A stretch of 63,882 bases of DNA, filler included, from Perkinsus chesapeaki ATCC PRA-425 (lineage: Eukaryota > Protista > Perkinsozoa), in NCBI GenBank assembly GCA_013115145.1. It is 10 parts of 10 records of this genome, joined end to end, with 100 filler letters (N's around TTAATTAATTAA, not from the genome) between each part and the next. Parts side by side here need not be neighbours in the genome. Positions count along the whole stretch, not along the records: positions 1 to 25,924 come from JAAPAO010000515.1; 9 more parts are not named here. One strand, 5' to 3'. How positions within the stretch are numbered: the stretch's first letter is position 1; each line of letters begins with the position of its first letter. The notes beneath the pieces were generated by a model. That model had not been told where the DNA came from, ran no database searches, and saw nothing but the letters and a program-made list of their open reading frames with translations. The translations under genes and the position numbers were made by a program. This document shows, one piece after another, positions 1 to 13,099 of this stretch.

Positions 1-440
1 CGTCGGGCCGTTTCTCCTAGAGGGGCGGAGCGATGTAAAATATACAGTGACATTATCTTCATATGCCCTACAAGTCGTTTATCTTCAAACAGCCAGATGT
101 TATGATAACGTCTTTCACATCATTATTATAATTCTTGCAAGGGGAACGGTGTCAAATAGGCGCATTCCTCTCTACTGGAAGCGAACTGAGAGAAGGCGAA
201 ATGGCGAATAAACCTCAACGAAAGGGTTCTAGCAAGAAGTTAAAGCTGGTTAACTTGTCGATTGCGAGGAAAACGGTATCGTTCTACCATCAGAAAGGAT
301 GAACTCATTATATATAGCAACTAAAGTGTTGAACGGTATCACTTATTGTGCAAATTGTCTCCCTTTCCGCTCAGTTACTAGCATTGTACTAGGAACACGG
401 TATTAGCCTATTCTCGTCAGTTGTCACGTTGCCTTGTATA

Positions 441-2222
441 ATGTCCTCACCATTGGAGCATTGGCTATCTCTAGATTTTGACCAAGCTACTCGGGAAGAA
501 GCCTCCAACTTCTCCCCTGAAGATGTCACCAATCATTTGAACCCCAACAAACGGCTTACTTTCGGCACTGCTGGTTTGCGTGCTCGAATGGGGGCTGGAT
601 TTGATCGTATGAATTGTCTCACGGTCATGCAAGCAAGTCAGGGTATTTGTATGTATTTGTTGTCTACCTACGGTGAAGATGCGTTGAAAGAGAAAGGTGT
701 CGTTATTGGCTACGATGGTCGTCATAATTCTCGCAAGTTCGCCCATGTCGCGGCGGCCGTGTTCATCTCTAAAGGTGGTAAAGTGTATTTATTCGATAAA
801 TCGACTACATGCACCCCTTTCACCCCATATCTTGTCAAGCGTAATGACTGCCTTTGTGGTGCCCAAGTTACTGCATCCCATAACCCCAAGGACGACAATG
901 GTTTTAAAGTTTATGCTCGTAACGGCGCTCAAATTGCGCCTCCGGTTGATGAAGAAATCGCCGAGAAAATTGCCGATAATTTGACACCGTGGAAGGACGC
1001 TTTGGACTTGCTTGACTTGCACGATACTGGTTTGCTTAAGAGCAATCTCGCCGTAATTGAGCCCTTTGATGATGTCTTTAAGTCATATATGGATCGCATA
1101 ACCGGTGAGCTTTGTCGGCTACCTGAGTTGAACAAAAACTGTCAACTTACGTATGTGTACACTGCAATGCACGGTGTCGGTCTCCCCTTTACTACTGGTT
1201 TAATTAAACACTTTGGTTTCCCTGAAGGAACGGTTTCGGTGTTAGAGAGCCAAGCACTGCCAGATCCCGAGTTCCCCACGGTTAAGTTCCCTAATCCTGA
1301 AGAGAAGGGCGCTCTCGATCTTGCTCTAGCAGAAGCCAAACAAGTCGATGCTGATTACGTGATTGCTAACGACCCTGATGCTGACAGGTTTACTGCATGC
1401 GAGAAGCAAGCTGATGGTACTTGGCATCAATTCAGCGGTGACGAGCTCGGTGTGTTATTTGGTGATTGGCAGATTCTCATGGCACATAAGAGAGGGGTGC
1501 CTGCTGAGAACTGCCTTACACTTGCCTCGACTGTATCTTCTAAGATGCTTGCGGCCTTGACCAAATACTATTGTGGCACGTTTGTCGACACCTTAACTGG
1601 TTTCAAGTGGTTGGCTAACACCTCTCTCAAGATGACGGCTGAAGATCCCGACTTGGTCCACTGCCTCGCGTACGAGGAGGCCATCGGTTATGCCTTGACC
1701 ATGACAGTTCCCGACAAGGATGGTGTTAGTGCCGCTGCGGTGTGGTGCGAGATGTCCAACTATTGGCGTGTCACAAAGGGCTTAAGTATGAATCAAAGGC
1801 TTGAGCAAATTCGACAAACTGTGGGTTATTTTGTCACTGACAACGGTTATTATATCTGCTCTGATCCGAAGGTCATGAAGGCAATCTTCGACGAGTTCCG
1901 CAATAATGGCGAGTATAAGAAGAATCTTGGCGCTCACGGTATCGCCAGTATCCGTGACGTTACTCTAGGGTATGATTCTAGAATGGTTGGTAAGAAGAGC
2001 ACATTGCCTGTGACGCCGAATGATCAAATGATTACTGTATACTTCGATAATGATGCCATTGTGACTTTGCGTGGCTCCGGCACCGAACCAAAGCTGAAGT
2101 ACTACGCTGAATTGAGAGATCTCGAAAGCACGGAAAAAGCCAGAAGTCGCTTGGCTGGTGTAATGAAAGATGTTGATGAGTTTTTCCTACAACCACAAAA
2201 GTACGGTTTGACCAGACGATAA
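441..2222 (+). CDS. Phosphoglucomutase/phosphomannomutase (alpha-D-phosphohexomutase, PGM2-like), intronless
   Basis: Single ORF with all family motifs: FGTAGLR, TASHNP (phosphoserine), DPDADR (metal loop), YEEAIG (sugar binding), RGSGTEPK. First ATG at 441. Confidence 0.95.
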   Translation: MSSPLEHWLSLDFDQATREEASNFSPEDVTNHLNPNKRLTFGTAGLRARMGAGFDRMNCLTVMQASQGICMYLLSTYGEDALKEKGVVIGYDGRHNSRKFAHVAAAVFISKGGKVYLFDKSTTCTPFTPYLVKRNDCLCGAQVTASHNPKDDNGFKVYARNGAQIAPPVDEEIAEKIADNLTPWKDALDLLDLHDTGLLKSNLAVIEPFDDVFKSYMDRITGELCRLPELNKNCQLTYVYTAMHGVGLPFTTGLIKHFGFPEGTVSVLESQALPDPEFPTVKFPNPEEKGALDLALAEAKQVDADYVIANDPDADRFTACEKQADGTWHQFSGDELGVLFGDWQILMAHKRGVPAENCLTLASTVSSKMLAALTKYYCGTFVDTLTGFKWLANTSLKMTAEDPDLVHCLAYEEAIGYALTMTVPDKDGVSAAAVWCEMSNYWRVTKGLSMNQRLEQIRQTVGYFVTDNGYYICSDPKVMKAIFDEFRNNGEYKKNLGAHGIASIRDVTLGYDSRMVGKKSTLPVTPNDQMITVYFDNDAIVTLRGSGTEPKLKYYAELRDLESTEKARSRLAGVMKDVDEFFLQPQKYGLTRR

Positions 2223-2681
2223 TTGCTTAGTGTCCTTTTGCATAGATTTTTATAAGTGTTACACAGTGTTTTCAAGTTGGTCAAAGATAGTGCGTTTTCG
2301 CAAGTCTAAGTAACTCAAGGGGATTTCAGTCATAACTATTCAGAACATTAAGCCACAACTGTTGTGTGAGGCTTACTCATAATCAGCAAATTTGGACAAG
2401 TCCGCCCGTGGCGCAGCGCCACCGTTATATTACCGAACATCATAGAGAACTTATCTACCGTGGCAGGCTCTGTGGGGAGCCTCTGTTTATTGTAACCCTT
2501 CTATGCGTCATAGGTTTGTTGATCAGTGATGCTAAGGATGTAGGAAGCAGTATCAAGCAACATGGACGGCTTGCCGCAGGAAGCGAGACAGGCTCCATTG
2601 GAGCTGCGCCAGGCGCGTATCACGTCTCCGGGGGGCGACGGCAACCGAAGCCGCCTCCAAGCAAATATATTTGTTCGCAAA

Positions 2682-4124
2682 ATGTTATTCACGTCATTTT
2701 GTACTATCATTGCTCTTGCCAGTGCTCGTAAGAGCCTCTCGGGCAGAGTATTGGTCCTCATCGAGCAGAAGGGTGGTGTTGTCTCTCAATCTACTACCAT
2801 CGGTGTAAGCAAGGTCCCAGCGATGGCCAGAGAGAATGGCTTTGTTGTTCCCAAAGCCCTCCAAGAGATTGAGGCTTATCTAGAGAACTCGGCTCAGGTT
2901 GAAAGTATCCCTAATCTTGGCATTGAGATAGTTAGCAGTGCACCTGTTAGCAGTGATATCTGTGAATACTTGATGGAGGCCAAGAAGCATATCGGTGATT
3001 TCGAGGTTCATTGCCACGAGGAGCTCACCCTCCACATCGATGAAACTACTGTCGGTCGCTCACTGGCTGCGGACTTAAACGTCACTGACCCATTTGCTCC
3101 ACAGCAGAAGGCTTTCGAGCAGATGAACATGAGACGTTTTTGGGAACTAACTGATGGTCTTGCTGCCCCGGTTTCTGTTGCTATATTTGACAATGGTGTC
3201 GACTACTACTCTTACGACATTCGTAATAGATTCGTCATCCGCAAGAAAGGCTATAACACTATTAACTCTTCATTGTCATCATTGCCTGATGGTGGTTCAG
3301 GATTCGGTACAAGAGCCGCATCGATTATAGCCGCCGAAAGAAACAACAGTTACGGTATGGCTGGCGTCAGTGATAATGCTAGACTGTTCTCCATGAAGGT
3401 CCTTACTAATGATAGCACCCGTTACAACACTGAAGCTCATATACTCGAAGGCTTTGCCGTTGCTGTACAATATAAAATCGACGTTATCTATCTGAGATCT
3501 GCTTGGCTACCAACAACTTCTTCATCTCGGGCTCTCTATCAGAAGGCTGTTGAGGCATTTGCTGCCAGTGGTGGTATTATTGTCGTCTCTGCTGGAGACA
3601 ACGGCGTTGTGTCGCCTTGGTATCCTTGCCGTATTGAGCACCCCCAACTCCTCTGTGTTGCTGCTCTTGATGATAAGAACCCTGCTCAATTGTGGAGGTC
3701 ATCGAACTATGGCCCCCCAGTCGCTGTCGCCGCCCCAGGTGTTATGTTATCTTATAATTTCACTAGCGACTCATTCGATACTACTCGAGGCACCTACGTT
3801 TCTGCAGCTTTTACAGCAGGAGTTGCAGCTACCCTGCGCGGTCTTGGTATCAGCTCTGCAAACATTACGGATATTATTCGTTTAACCGCAGAGCCACTCG
3901 ACGATGAGGACTACGATAAGGTCACTGATGGTGCTATCGATCCTGTCACTGCTGCCGAGGCTGCTATTTTGACTGCTGGGCCTATTGCAGAAGCGGAGTT
4001 GCTCACTTTCGGCGAACGATTCCGTGCTGCTGCGAGACGTGGGCCTAGGGCCTTCCAAGAAGTCGCCAGAGCGTTTGCTAGATGTAGAATGAGAATTGCT
4101 AAGTATAAGGAGCTAACCCAGTGA
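2682..4124 (+). CDS. Secreted subtilisin-like (S8) protein, predicted catalytically inactive
   Basis: Signal-peptide-like start MLFTSFCTIIALASA at ATG 2682. S8 motif order is kept: VAIFDNGVD, GFGTRAASIIAA, GMAGV, VVSAGDNG, YPC, SSNYG..VAVAAPG, RGTYVSAAFTAG. The His and Ser positions are substituted. Confidence 0.85.
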   Translation: MLFTSFCTIIALASARKSLSGRVLVLIEQKGGVVSQSTTIGVSKVPAMARENGFVVPKALQEIEAYLENSAQVESIPNLGIEIVSSAPVSSDICEYLMEAKKHIGDFEVHCHEELTLHIDETTVGRSLAADLNVTDPFAPQQKAFEQMNMRRFWELTDGLAAPVSVAIFDNGVDYYSYDIRNRFVIRKKGYNTINSSLSSLPDGGSGFGTRAASIIAAERNNSYGMAGVSDNARLFSMKVLTNDSTRYNTEAHILEGFAVAVQYKIDVIYLRSAWLPTTSSSRALYQKAVEAFAASGGIIVVSAGDNGVVSPWYPCRIEHPQLLCVAALDDKNPAQLWRSSNYGPPVAVAAPGVMLSYNFTSDSFDTTRGTYVSAAFTAGVAATLRGLGISSANITDIIRLTAEPLDDEDYDKVTDGAIDPVTAAEAAILTAGPIAEAELLTFGERFRAAARRGPRAFQEVARAFARCRMRIAKYKELTQ

Positions 4125-4509
4125 TCTCTCTTCAGCTTCATGTGGGCCTGCCTCTCTCGCTTAGGGAAGATCAATATCCCTCCAGTACAGCTGTCAACAG
4201 CGTTTTTGCTCTCAGTTTGAGAATATCATCTCATCTTTTCTTGATCACCAGGGAATTGACCGAGGCAGCCCCGTGGTCTTTCCCGAAACCAAACAGGAAA
4301 TATAGTTTCTTTCATATCGCTGAGTTAGCCTTAGTGAATTAGGAATCCTATGTAGCGTGTAACGTACTCAGTGTCGAAGTCGTTTTATTGGCGTGAGCTG
4401 TAATGATTACGTATCTTACGTTGATCTATTGTCAAGTACGGTCGATATGATATTATAGTAGCAGCAATATCCTATCAATCAAATGCCACTACACAAAGAT
4501 TCTCTGAGG

Positions 4510-7500
4510 ATGTGCGACACTATCGGACTTCTCAATACGCATTGCCGTGATAACCTTATCGCTGTGGATAAGAATAGAATCCTGTATACGACCGCCACAA
4601 ACGTCGTGAGTGTTACTGCTTTCCCTGGCCCTTTCGATTCCTCGCTTAAGGTGCTATACGACACGGTTGCCGGAAAGCCTGTCGCTTTCTCCAGAAACTT
4701 ACCGATAGAAATGAGTGTTCGTAAAGGGTCTCTGAAAGCAGCAGCGGGAGAGCCCTCACAACATGTGTGGAGGTAAAGGCACATTTCACTTGATAAAGCT
4801 GCTTGCAGACAACTTCGACCTTGGATACCGCTTCCTTGCGATTGGAGAGCCCCTCAACGGGAGCCGTGCAGTTGACAGCGCTGTCCTTTTCCAGAAGGCA
4901 ATACACATTGATATTGCCAATACGTAGTGTTAACTTCAGAGCCAAAGTTGCCTTTCTCGCCGAGTTCTTCCCGACCTCCGGCAACAGCAGAGTTAGCATT
5001 CTGTCCGTGACAGACCATCTTGAGACACTAGCCGTGACATTTGTCCCAGCAAAGCGTATTGGTGAGAACCTCGCCTACCGCCTCTGCATCACCTGAGAGC
5101 TTCAGTTCTTGCGTGCTTCACAGAAGACGCTCGCCATGTTATTTGCTACGGTGAAGGAAGCGAATCTTCAAGTCTCTTATGTTGGCGTTGGCCAGTTGCC
5201 ATCATTTCAGATGATGCCAGTAGAGGTTGGACAAGATAGAGCATTTTGTGCTTACAAATAACTCTTTTGCAGGTGCCAGCTCACTCAGAAATATCGTATC
5301 ATCGCGTGGTATAGTCGGAAACCACTCCCTCAATCCTTCCACGGAGATAATGGGCTTAGATGTCTGCCCTAAAAAGCAAGCATACTGTTAGCTAAGCCTT
5401 TGATAGGGATGATCCCTCAGGTTTAAGGGCTCCAACGGTGAAGTCCTCTATTATGCAACTGTCACTGGGGTGAAATATGTTAGGATTTGCGAAGTTTGCC
5501 TTCAACCATCTGCACTGGATAGAAATGCAACAAGCGGGGCATCTCTTTGGGCATCAGTCTCCTCTGGATTCAATAAGAACCTCGATAATGGCGGTCCAGT
5601 CGAGTTCAGGGAGCTTGAGGGAATGCTGCCCTTCAAGTTTGAGCGAAGTGACGCGGGAGAGCATCAAGATTGCCGATTGGCCGGTCAGATATGTGGTTTG
5701 TTGATTGCTGTTGGATACAAGTATTAAAAGACCAATCCAAGCTATATTATGCAATAATATTAACTTCGGAGGTGAGGATCGACTTACTGGACACACATAT
5801 TATATATTAAACCAGAACGATGTCTCAGGGCGTTCTACTTTCTTTCGACACTGAACGTGATCTGGCCTCGGTCGTGCTTGATTGCGGAGAGCTTGCTCAG
5901 TCAAGTGCTGCACAGAGACCACCAGACCAAACGGAGAGTGATATGGACTATCGTCAACTCCTCATCACCGTCATAGGGACGGCCACTGAAAACATACACT
6001 TCACTCGCGTAGTCACTGGAGGGACACCAGGCAGCTTCATTGTTGGTGGCAGCGCTGGTTGTGTAAGCCGGATACACGTCCCTGTGAAAACATGATACTG
6101 TATAGGTTATGCTGTTCACTGCTACACTCACTGACCGAGAGACTGAGAGCCCTCGTCATCCCAGTGTGGGACCACCCAAAAGCCATGCTGGAATGAGCTC
6201 CATTTCTACTGCGGCTTGGAGCTGTAAGGTATCACCTTGCAGACGGCGGTACGCGTGATACCATCAGCTTTGCCACACGCAACACGAAGCTCGTCCGGTC
6301 CGGCCTCGCTGCTTCCTAGTCCCAATGCGGAGATTTCGATCAGCCTGCATTGCACGGGCGTCTATTGGATACCTGGGTCGGGTCGCACGCTTCTCTCGGC
6401 GACAATATGGGTAGGTAGATATACGATAAGGTTTAGGAGCCGTTAGTGGTCAGGGTGGTCAGGAGGTGAGCAAGAGTGAGGGAGACAGGAAAGTTTTGTG
6501 TGCTGCTTTGAGCCATCGTTTGTCCATTAGGCAAAGAGAATGGAGGAAGTGTTTTAAAGGAAAGAGGCGACGAACGCATATATCTTTATGTAGGTCGGGT
6601 TGTGATTGGATCACACAACGATTCGCCACAACATGACTCCACGGTAACGATACGACTTGACTTGATAACAAAACCATAACTAAAGCGTGACAGAACTGAC
6701 AGTGCTGGTGGAATTAAGCCTCGCAATGGTAAAAGGTATACAGCAAGTACCGTCATGGCTCAGCGGCAACCGGCGGCATTGGAGAGGAGGCAGCTACGGA
6801 GCTAACAAGCAGAAAGATACTGTAAGTGTCGAAGCTGATGTTGAGCTGACAATACAACTGAACGATTAAAGACGCGGGGCGTAGAGGAAATGTCAAGTCG
6901 AAATGTTAAGAATACGCGACCAAACATGTCGCATGGATATCTCATTATCTCCCCAACTGGTACGTTGGAAAAGTTTTAACATTTAACACCAAAGACACAT
7001 GAATGGGCCCTCGATTCAGGAGCAAGCTTGGAATGAAACCCCCGCAAGCTGTTCTGGAGACTATGGAGGAAGAGTCTGATTCCGACGATGACACTGAAGG
7101 CTCAGACAGAGATACTCATTATTCATCCTTGAACCAGAAGGTATCATCACGACTTGGTGCTCATGGACGGGATTTCGCTGCTTTCTGTTCGCATATGACG
7201 TTTCTACACTTGGTGTTACTCTGAACTTGAGAGCAATTCTGAGCCATAGTCTAAAGATGGGCAATGCAGGGTGATCTCTGTATGCTCTAACCTGTGCATA
7301 TAATTGCATATAGGTGAAGTCGTACGACATTATTGTCATGACCCCCAAAGATGCTCCAAGCTCGGACGAGAAGACCGAAGAACAACGTGAGCACCCATAT
7401 AGCCTTTATGGAAGAGTAGCTATCATAAGCAATTATATCGGATTGCGAAGTGTATAGTTGTAAAAATACAACTTGAAACACTTGTGACAATTTCTAGACC

Positions 7501-10500
7501 AGGATGCCTGAGCTAGGAGTTCCCGGCCATGCTGTTTCTAAAGTAGCTCTACCGCTAACCTGTCAGACTATTCGAATACTTCTTTCCTGCCACTCTGGCC
7601 AACGGGTTACCATCGCAGAAGGATACGTGGGATTTCATGCGCATCAACAACGAGTATGGTTGCTACCATAGCCGATGACTCAACCGTAAGATACTTCCAC
7701 AATACATTAATTATCGTAATATGGCCGATAGGATTGAACTACTATAATTGCACTCGGTATACATTATTATATATAATCCTTAGTCCTCACTGCTGTCTAG
7801 GAGTTAATTCAGCGGTCTCTGGGGGATCTGGCTTCGCGTAGTTGTCTACCACAGGCGGCTCACAATAGGCGGGTGTACTGTTTGAGTTTAATATTCCTCT
7901 CTGGTACTAACACTTTGATCATCATGCGGTCCGTAGCTTGTGGTCATTCCGGCTACAAGACATGCTTGAATAACTTTACCAGTCATCGAGTCTTCCCTGC
8001 CATCCTTGGGAGGCTCCAATGGTATCCAAGTCACCGAGGTCTAATGCGTGATTGTCAGATAAGAGTTTGGAGAATCTGTTCGGATCCGCCAGAGACTCAC
8101 GCGGGGTAAAATAGACCACCAACCGTCATACGCGTCCTGCAGGCCTCGGCTCGAAACTGATATGCTTACGCAGCTTCCACAATCACCAAAACCGATTGCG
8201 GTGTCGCTGCATCCACTGGGGTTGCAAATGGCCGTGGTAGAGCGCGCGATGACGAATCTGTAGAGCTGCATCCCAGTTATTCTCGGATCAAAGACTGCGT
8301 GTTTACTACGTCTGTTCACCTAGCAACATTAAGCCGGCCCTGGATATACCTTTATCTCAATGCAGCGCCGGTAGTGGTTCTTACGGATCGGGTCGTAACA
8401 ACTCATTAGATGGGCATGCTCTACGGTAAAGCTCGTCGGTGCCCCCAAATGTAGCGTTTAGCAGTTACTCTCCTTGTGGTATGGTTATCGCTGTTGGAGC
8501 AGGAAACACAGTGATCTTAATTAACCCCTTTGGACAGGATAAAGTCGTGGGATGGTTTCGGTCAATAGCTCCTTCTCGGTATCGATGTTCAGATCTTGAG
8601 CCTTTTGTCTGGGCATTTGTCGACCATCACTGACGTGAGGTTCTCGCCTGATGGAGCCAGGATCGCCAGCTGTGGGATTGATGGGTGTATCTACTCTTGG
8701 GCATGTGGGAGAACGCTAAACTGTGGCCTTCCTGTCAATTTGCACAGATGACCGTAGCGACTGTGATAAGACCACAAGAGAAATTGAACACATTTCGAAG
8801 GGGAGACGGTAAGATACTGAAATCCTAATGGATCCAAATCGTCTGAGACGTGTTAGGTACCTTGAACTTAACTACTATAAGGGTCATATAGTGACATTAG
8901 AAGAGAACAGCGAGCTGACCATCTTTTCGGTCAATGGTCGCTCACTCACACCTATAGGTTGTATAACCAGTACAGCAATCCCATAGCGGTTCTCGTAAGG
9001 TCGTTTATGTGCGGATGAAGCACGCAGCGCTGGCAATTTTGCGACCTTCACAGTTGACGTGAATGGGGTGATAGCAATCGGTAAACGGAAGATTTAGTTC
9101 AGCTAAGATTCATACATCTCAGGGACGAGCGCTGGTACAGTGGTGCTCGTTCATAGCGATTGGAACCGAAAATCGAGCTCATCGAGCGGGGAGAAGGAGG
9201 CCGTTGTAAAAGTGCTTTGCGAAGTACCCCTCCATTCACAGCCGATTACAAGGTAGGCAGTCGTATGGCCTTCGGCAATGTATAAGTACTTGATACCTAC
9301 ACTAGAAATATCCTCACCGATTCGAAGTCGTATTGGACTCAGCGTTAATCGCCCCCTTGAAACTCAACCTTTCGACCAAACCGCCGATCCTTACAGCGTC
9401 GCCACTTTAGCTTGGCATGCCATAAAGGACTGCTATTTACGGGCTGTGAAGGTGGAGTTCTGAGAACTACTTGGACGGGCTCGAGTGAAGTTGCGGTGGC
9501 ACCGCGCAACAGCGACGCTGGTAACCCTGCACTGGTTTATTCCCTCCTATCTGAGGCGTCTCAAGGTTCACCTGTCATACCAGCCAAAGATGCTCGAAGG
9601 ACATCGAAAGTCCTGAGAGAGAAAAAAACCGACTTGGAATCAAGAGTGATATACCTCGGAGGTAAGGAACAACAACGCAACCAAAAAGCTATATTAAAGT
9701 GTGCTTCAAGGGACAGAGACTCGAAAACCAGCAGGAAGCCCATCAGAGCTCGGAACATATCGATCGGTCCGCCGCGGACTGTCCATGGATGACCTAAATA
9801 TTGTAGACGCTGACACAGCTGCTGGTGATCTGGAAGGCTCATACAGGTCATGCGATCGTACCTGGACGAGCGAATGGCCGAGATCGACGAGTTGAACGAG
9901 CGGGTAGCTCATATTCGAGCCGAGACCGAGTGGGCATATACTGAAAGAGTTGGTGAAACGACGAGTCAGATACACGTTGCAACAAAAAGACGCGGAGACA
10001 AAAGAAAAGCTACGGCTCGTTCAAGAGGCGAGCAATTCCGACTTTAAGGAACTTAAGGAAAAGTACTGTCATGTCTCTGCTGCCATGGCATAGTGAGAAT
10101 AGGTATACGGCATTGATTGAGAAGTTTGGTGAGGCACAGGGAAAAAGTGCCGTCGATCAAAGTGAACTTAATCGAGGATTTTCGAAGAGACTTGCTGACA
10201 CTGAGAAAGAGTATGCCGGCGGCAATCAACTACTCTCCACTTCCCAAACGGTCTATCATGTCCTGCAGATATGAGGATAAATTACGAATCCAATACGAGA
10301 GAGAAGAGAACCGAACGATGGAGATCGAGGAGGTAACGGGGATGATGATGACGCCTCGAAACCAATCGAGCAGTCGACTAGCTGGCGGAAGCTCACATGA
10401 AGATCGTTGTCTTATTTAACTCTGATGCTAATAACTTTCCACTCGATCACAGTCTACTGTTGTATATCGCCTTTCCGCTTAGCTGAAGTCCGAGAATTTG

Positions 10501-13099
10501 CGGCGCATCGCCTCGTTAACACGGAGATATGAAAGGAAGATATCCGAGCTACAAGGGGGCAAAGGGAAGGTCAGTTGAACATGGGCTCGTGCCACTACAG
10601 TAGCTTGGTCGACCCCCAGGAAGTGAACAAGTGGAAGACAAAGTATGAACAAGTCTGTGCGGCGATGAAGAGGGATGCAGCGAAATTTGAAGAGGTCTTG
10701 AAACAACAAGAGAGTGAATATGAACAGTAAAAGCTGCGTCAGGAGTTCACTTGAGAAAATTTTCAGGGAGATCTCGGAACTGCGACAGGCCCAATCGAAG
10801 GCGTTACATACCGAAAGTGAAAGAACGAATGTCGCACTTACTGATCAGGTCTGACCACGGGAGAGATCTGAGAGGCAGTGAGGGGTATTCCTGTAGACAG
10901 GTGACAATGCGACATTCTATTGCTCGATTGCAACGTCTAAATGCTGATAAGGATGCCGATATTGAGACATTGAAGGGAAAGATTCTCCATATGGGAGAAC
11001 AGATTGAGAAGAGCAGATCAGCTGCAGGTGCAGCCAAGTAGTTCCGTTTGCTAGTACTGAATGGGTCAGAGAAGACAACGCAGCAGCTCGAACACCAGCG
11101 ATTAATTATAAGTGGAAAAGACAAACGAATTCTTAGAGCGGAAAGAACCCAAAGGCATCTTGATAATTTCAGATTTGTAGTGGAAGTGAGCTATCACAGC
11201 ACATCGTGTTGGGTGCTCCCAGGTACTGTTCCATCGTGTTAAACAACTAGAGGAAGAGAAAGCCCCTCTAAGGGAGCAAGTTGATTCCTTACGGAGTGCT
11301 GTGAGTATATGGTCTATTAGTTGTAATCAAGATTCCGCTAGGTTAAGGATATGTATGGCGAGTTCGTCAGCGAGTTCGAAATGAAGAAAAGTCTACAGCA
11401 TGATTTTCATGAGACAGGCAAGAAGCTTGCGAGGTCTCATACCCAAAACCAAGCCTTACGGGAGAAGAATGCTGGTAAAGCTGAATGACCTTCGGCGCGA
11501 CTTGGCAAGTAACCGGCACCTGGGTCGCATTTGTCTCAGCTGTCGCCAATGAAGTTGGGTCGCTACTTAAGGAGGTCCAGCATGTCATGTCCGAAGCTTC
11601 AAAGGATCGGGATGATCGCCAACTTGTCTGAAAATTACTTTTACAGAAATGATATTATATTCACCCTGTTCAGTTGGTAAGGCTGAGAGATTTGATTCAC
11701 CATGAAGGGAAAAAGATGAATATCAAACACATAAGAAGCCAAAGTAAGGTGCCTAGTACAACTTCAAACCCACAACCGTTTTGCGCTTACTAGTCACGGC
11801 TTCAAGCTATTTGCCTGCATTCCCCTCAGCAACCCCGCATGATACAGATGGACACCAAGACCAGATTGGAGAACTACACGAAGATGACCTCGAGCCAAAC
11901 ATAGACTTAACCAAGGAGCTTCTGCACCAGCGGAATGTAAGCTGGACTCAATCGATTATTTAGAAACCTACTTGTATGGTTAAGCGCAAGTGAACCGCTT
12001 TATAGTGGCGCCTATGAGAAGGGCCAACCTGCCAAGCTTTTCAAACCCCAACCATCTTAACGTGTAGTCCAGGAAACGATAATCGATTTAGTTGCTGCTA
12101 ACAAAAGCAAAAACGGTGACAGAGCTGAACGCTAAGCTTACAGAGGAGAACTATTTGGGGCGTCGAAGAATGATGACTGAAAACTCTGCCATGATACAGG
12201 AACTGAATGAGCTCCGCATTGAGAAGAAAGAGCTCAATAAGAGAGTTGAAGTAGGTGGAAACAGGGAGTCGAAGCTCATTAGAACTGAATATCTTGCTAA
12301 CTCGTTCTTGTAGGACTTGGAGGCAAAGCTCGCATCGATGACCTCGAGTGTCGGGGTAGAAAGCTACGGTCCTAAGTGAGACAAGAAACAGCCATGCCAT
12401 CTGCCATGACCCACGGGTTGCGCGAATAGAGTGTTATTCGCTGACAGTCGGGCAAATTTCAATCTTCCATTTTGAATACATTCCTGACTATTCTCTACTC
12501 AGTCAACTTTGCCTGTTAACGGTAAAGCCTCGCCACGGGTCGAGCCTGAGGCTTGCTATGATGATGATAATAATGTCTCTCTCTGAACTTGGTTTTGGAG
12601 ACCACGTACAGTACAGGCTCCGCGAATACGGTGTTATCGGCCTACCGTTCAATGTGAATACCTTCCATTCCAACTATTCTATACTCAGTAAACTTCACTG
12701 CCACATGATTGTGTGTAGAGCGTTATCCAAGTCCCGCTCTACCGTCACTGGATTGACACCTTATCAACAGCAGAAGATGAAAGAGGCTAACTTGAAAGCC
12801 TACAGGAGATCTCTAGCGTTACAGGAACAGAGTCGAGGTGTGAAAACGCAGGGAACAAAAAGGACTCCTTCTATCAGGCTCGTGTGGAGCTGCTCGTTTT
12901 ACAGAAGAAGGGTTCTCCGAACACGCCGAATTGTTGGAGGAAGAAGGGTGATTGCCAGTCTGGAATGCCGAGAGACTTGTTATTGAGAGTTATTAGTTAT
13001 CGGCTATCGCGATTGCAGTTTGAGTACGTCACTGACTCTCACCCAACAACACAGGGATCTTCAAGTGGTCTTAATGTCACGCGTGGAAGTGAAGAGTAG
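4510..13099 (+). CDS. CFAP57: CFAP57/WDR65-like WD40 plus coiled-coil ciliary protein (many short introns; exon structure not fully resolved)
   Basis: Exon translations are colinear with CFAP57 as I recall it: DCQIRVW and PIAVSLHPLGLQMAV (~8050-8240), YSPCGMVIAV, TITDVRFSPDGARIASCGIDGCIYSW (~8620-8700), GTSAGTV..PLHSQPITR and LLFTGCEGG (~9120-9460), MRSYLDERMAEIDELNERV (~9850), coiled-coil exons, and RMMTENSAMIQELNELR (~12170). The first and last exons are the least certain. Confidence 0.72.

Noticed and set aside
7061-7490. Nested minus-strand gene with a frameshift inside CFAP57
   Set aside because: The plus strand gives sensible exons with splice sites here (EEESDSDDD..., YDIIVMTPKD...) that are colinear with the WD40 gene, so the minus ORFs are shadows.
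8426-8463. Programmed frameshift at CCCCC (as in Perkinsus mitochondrial genes)
   Set aside because: A 38-nt GT-AG intron restores the frame (GHALR-YSPCG), and this is nuclear DNA.
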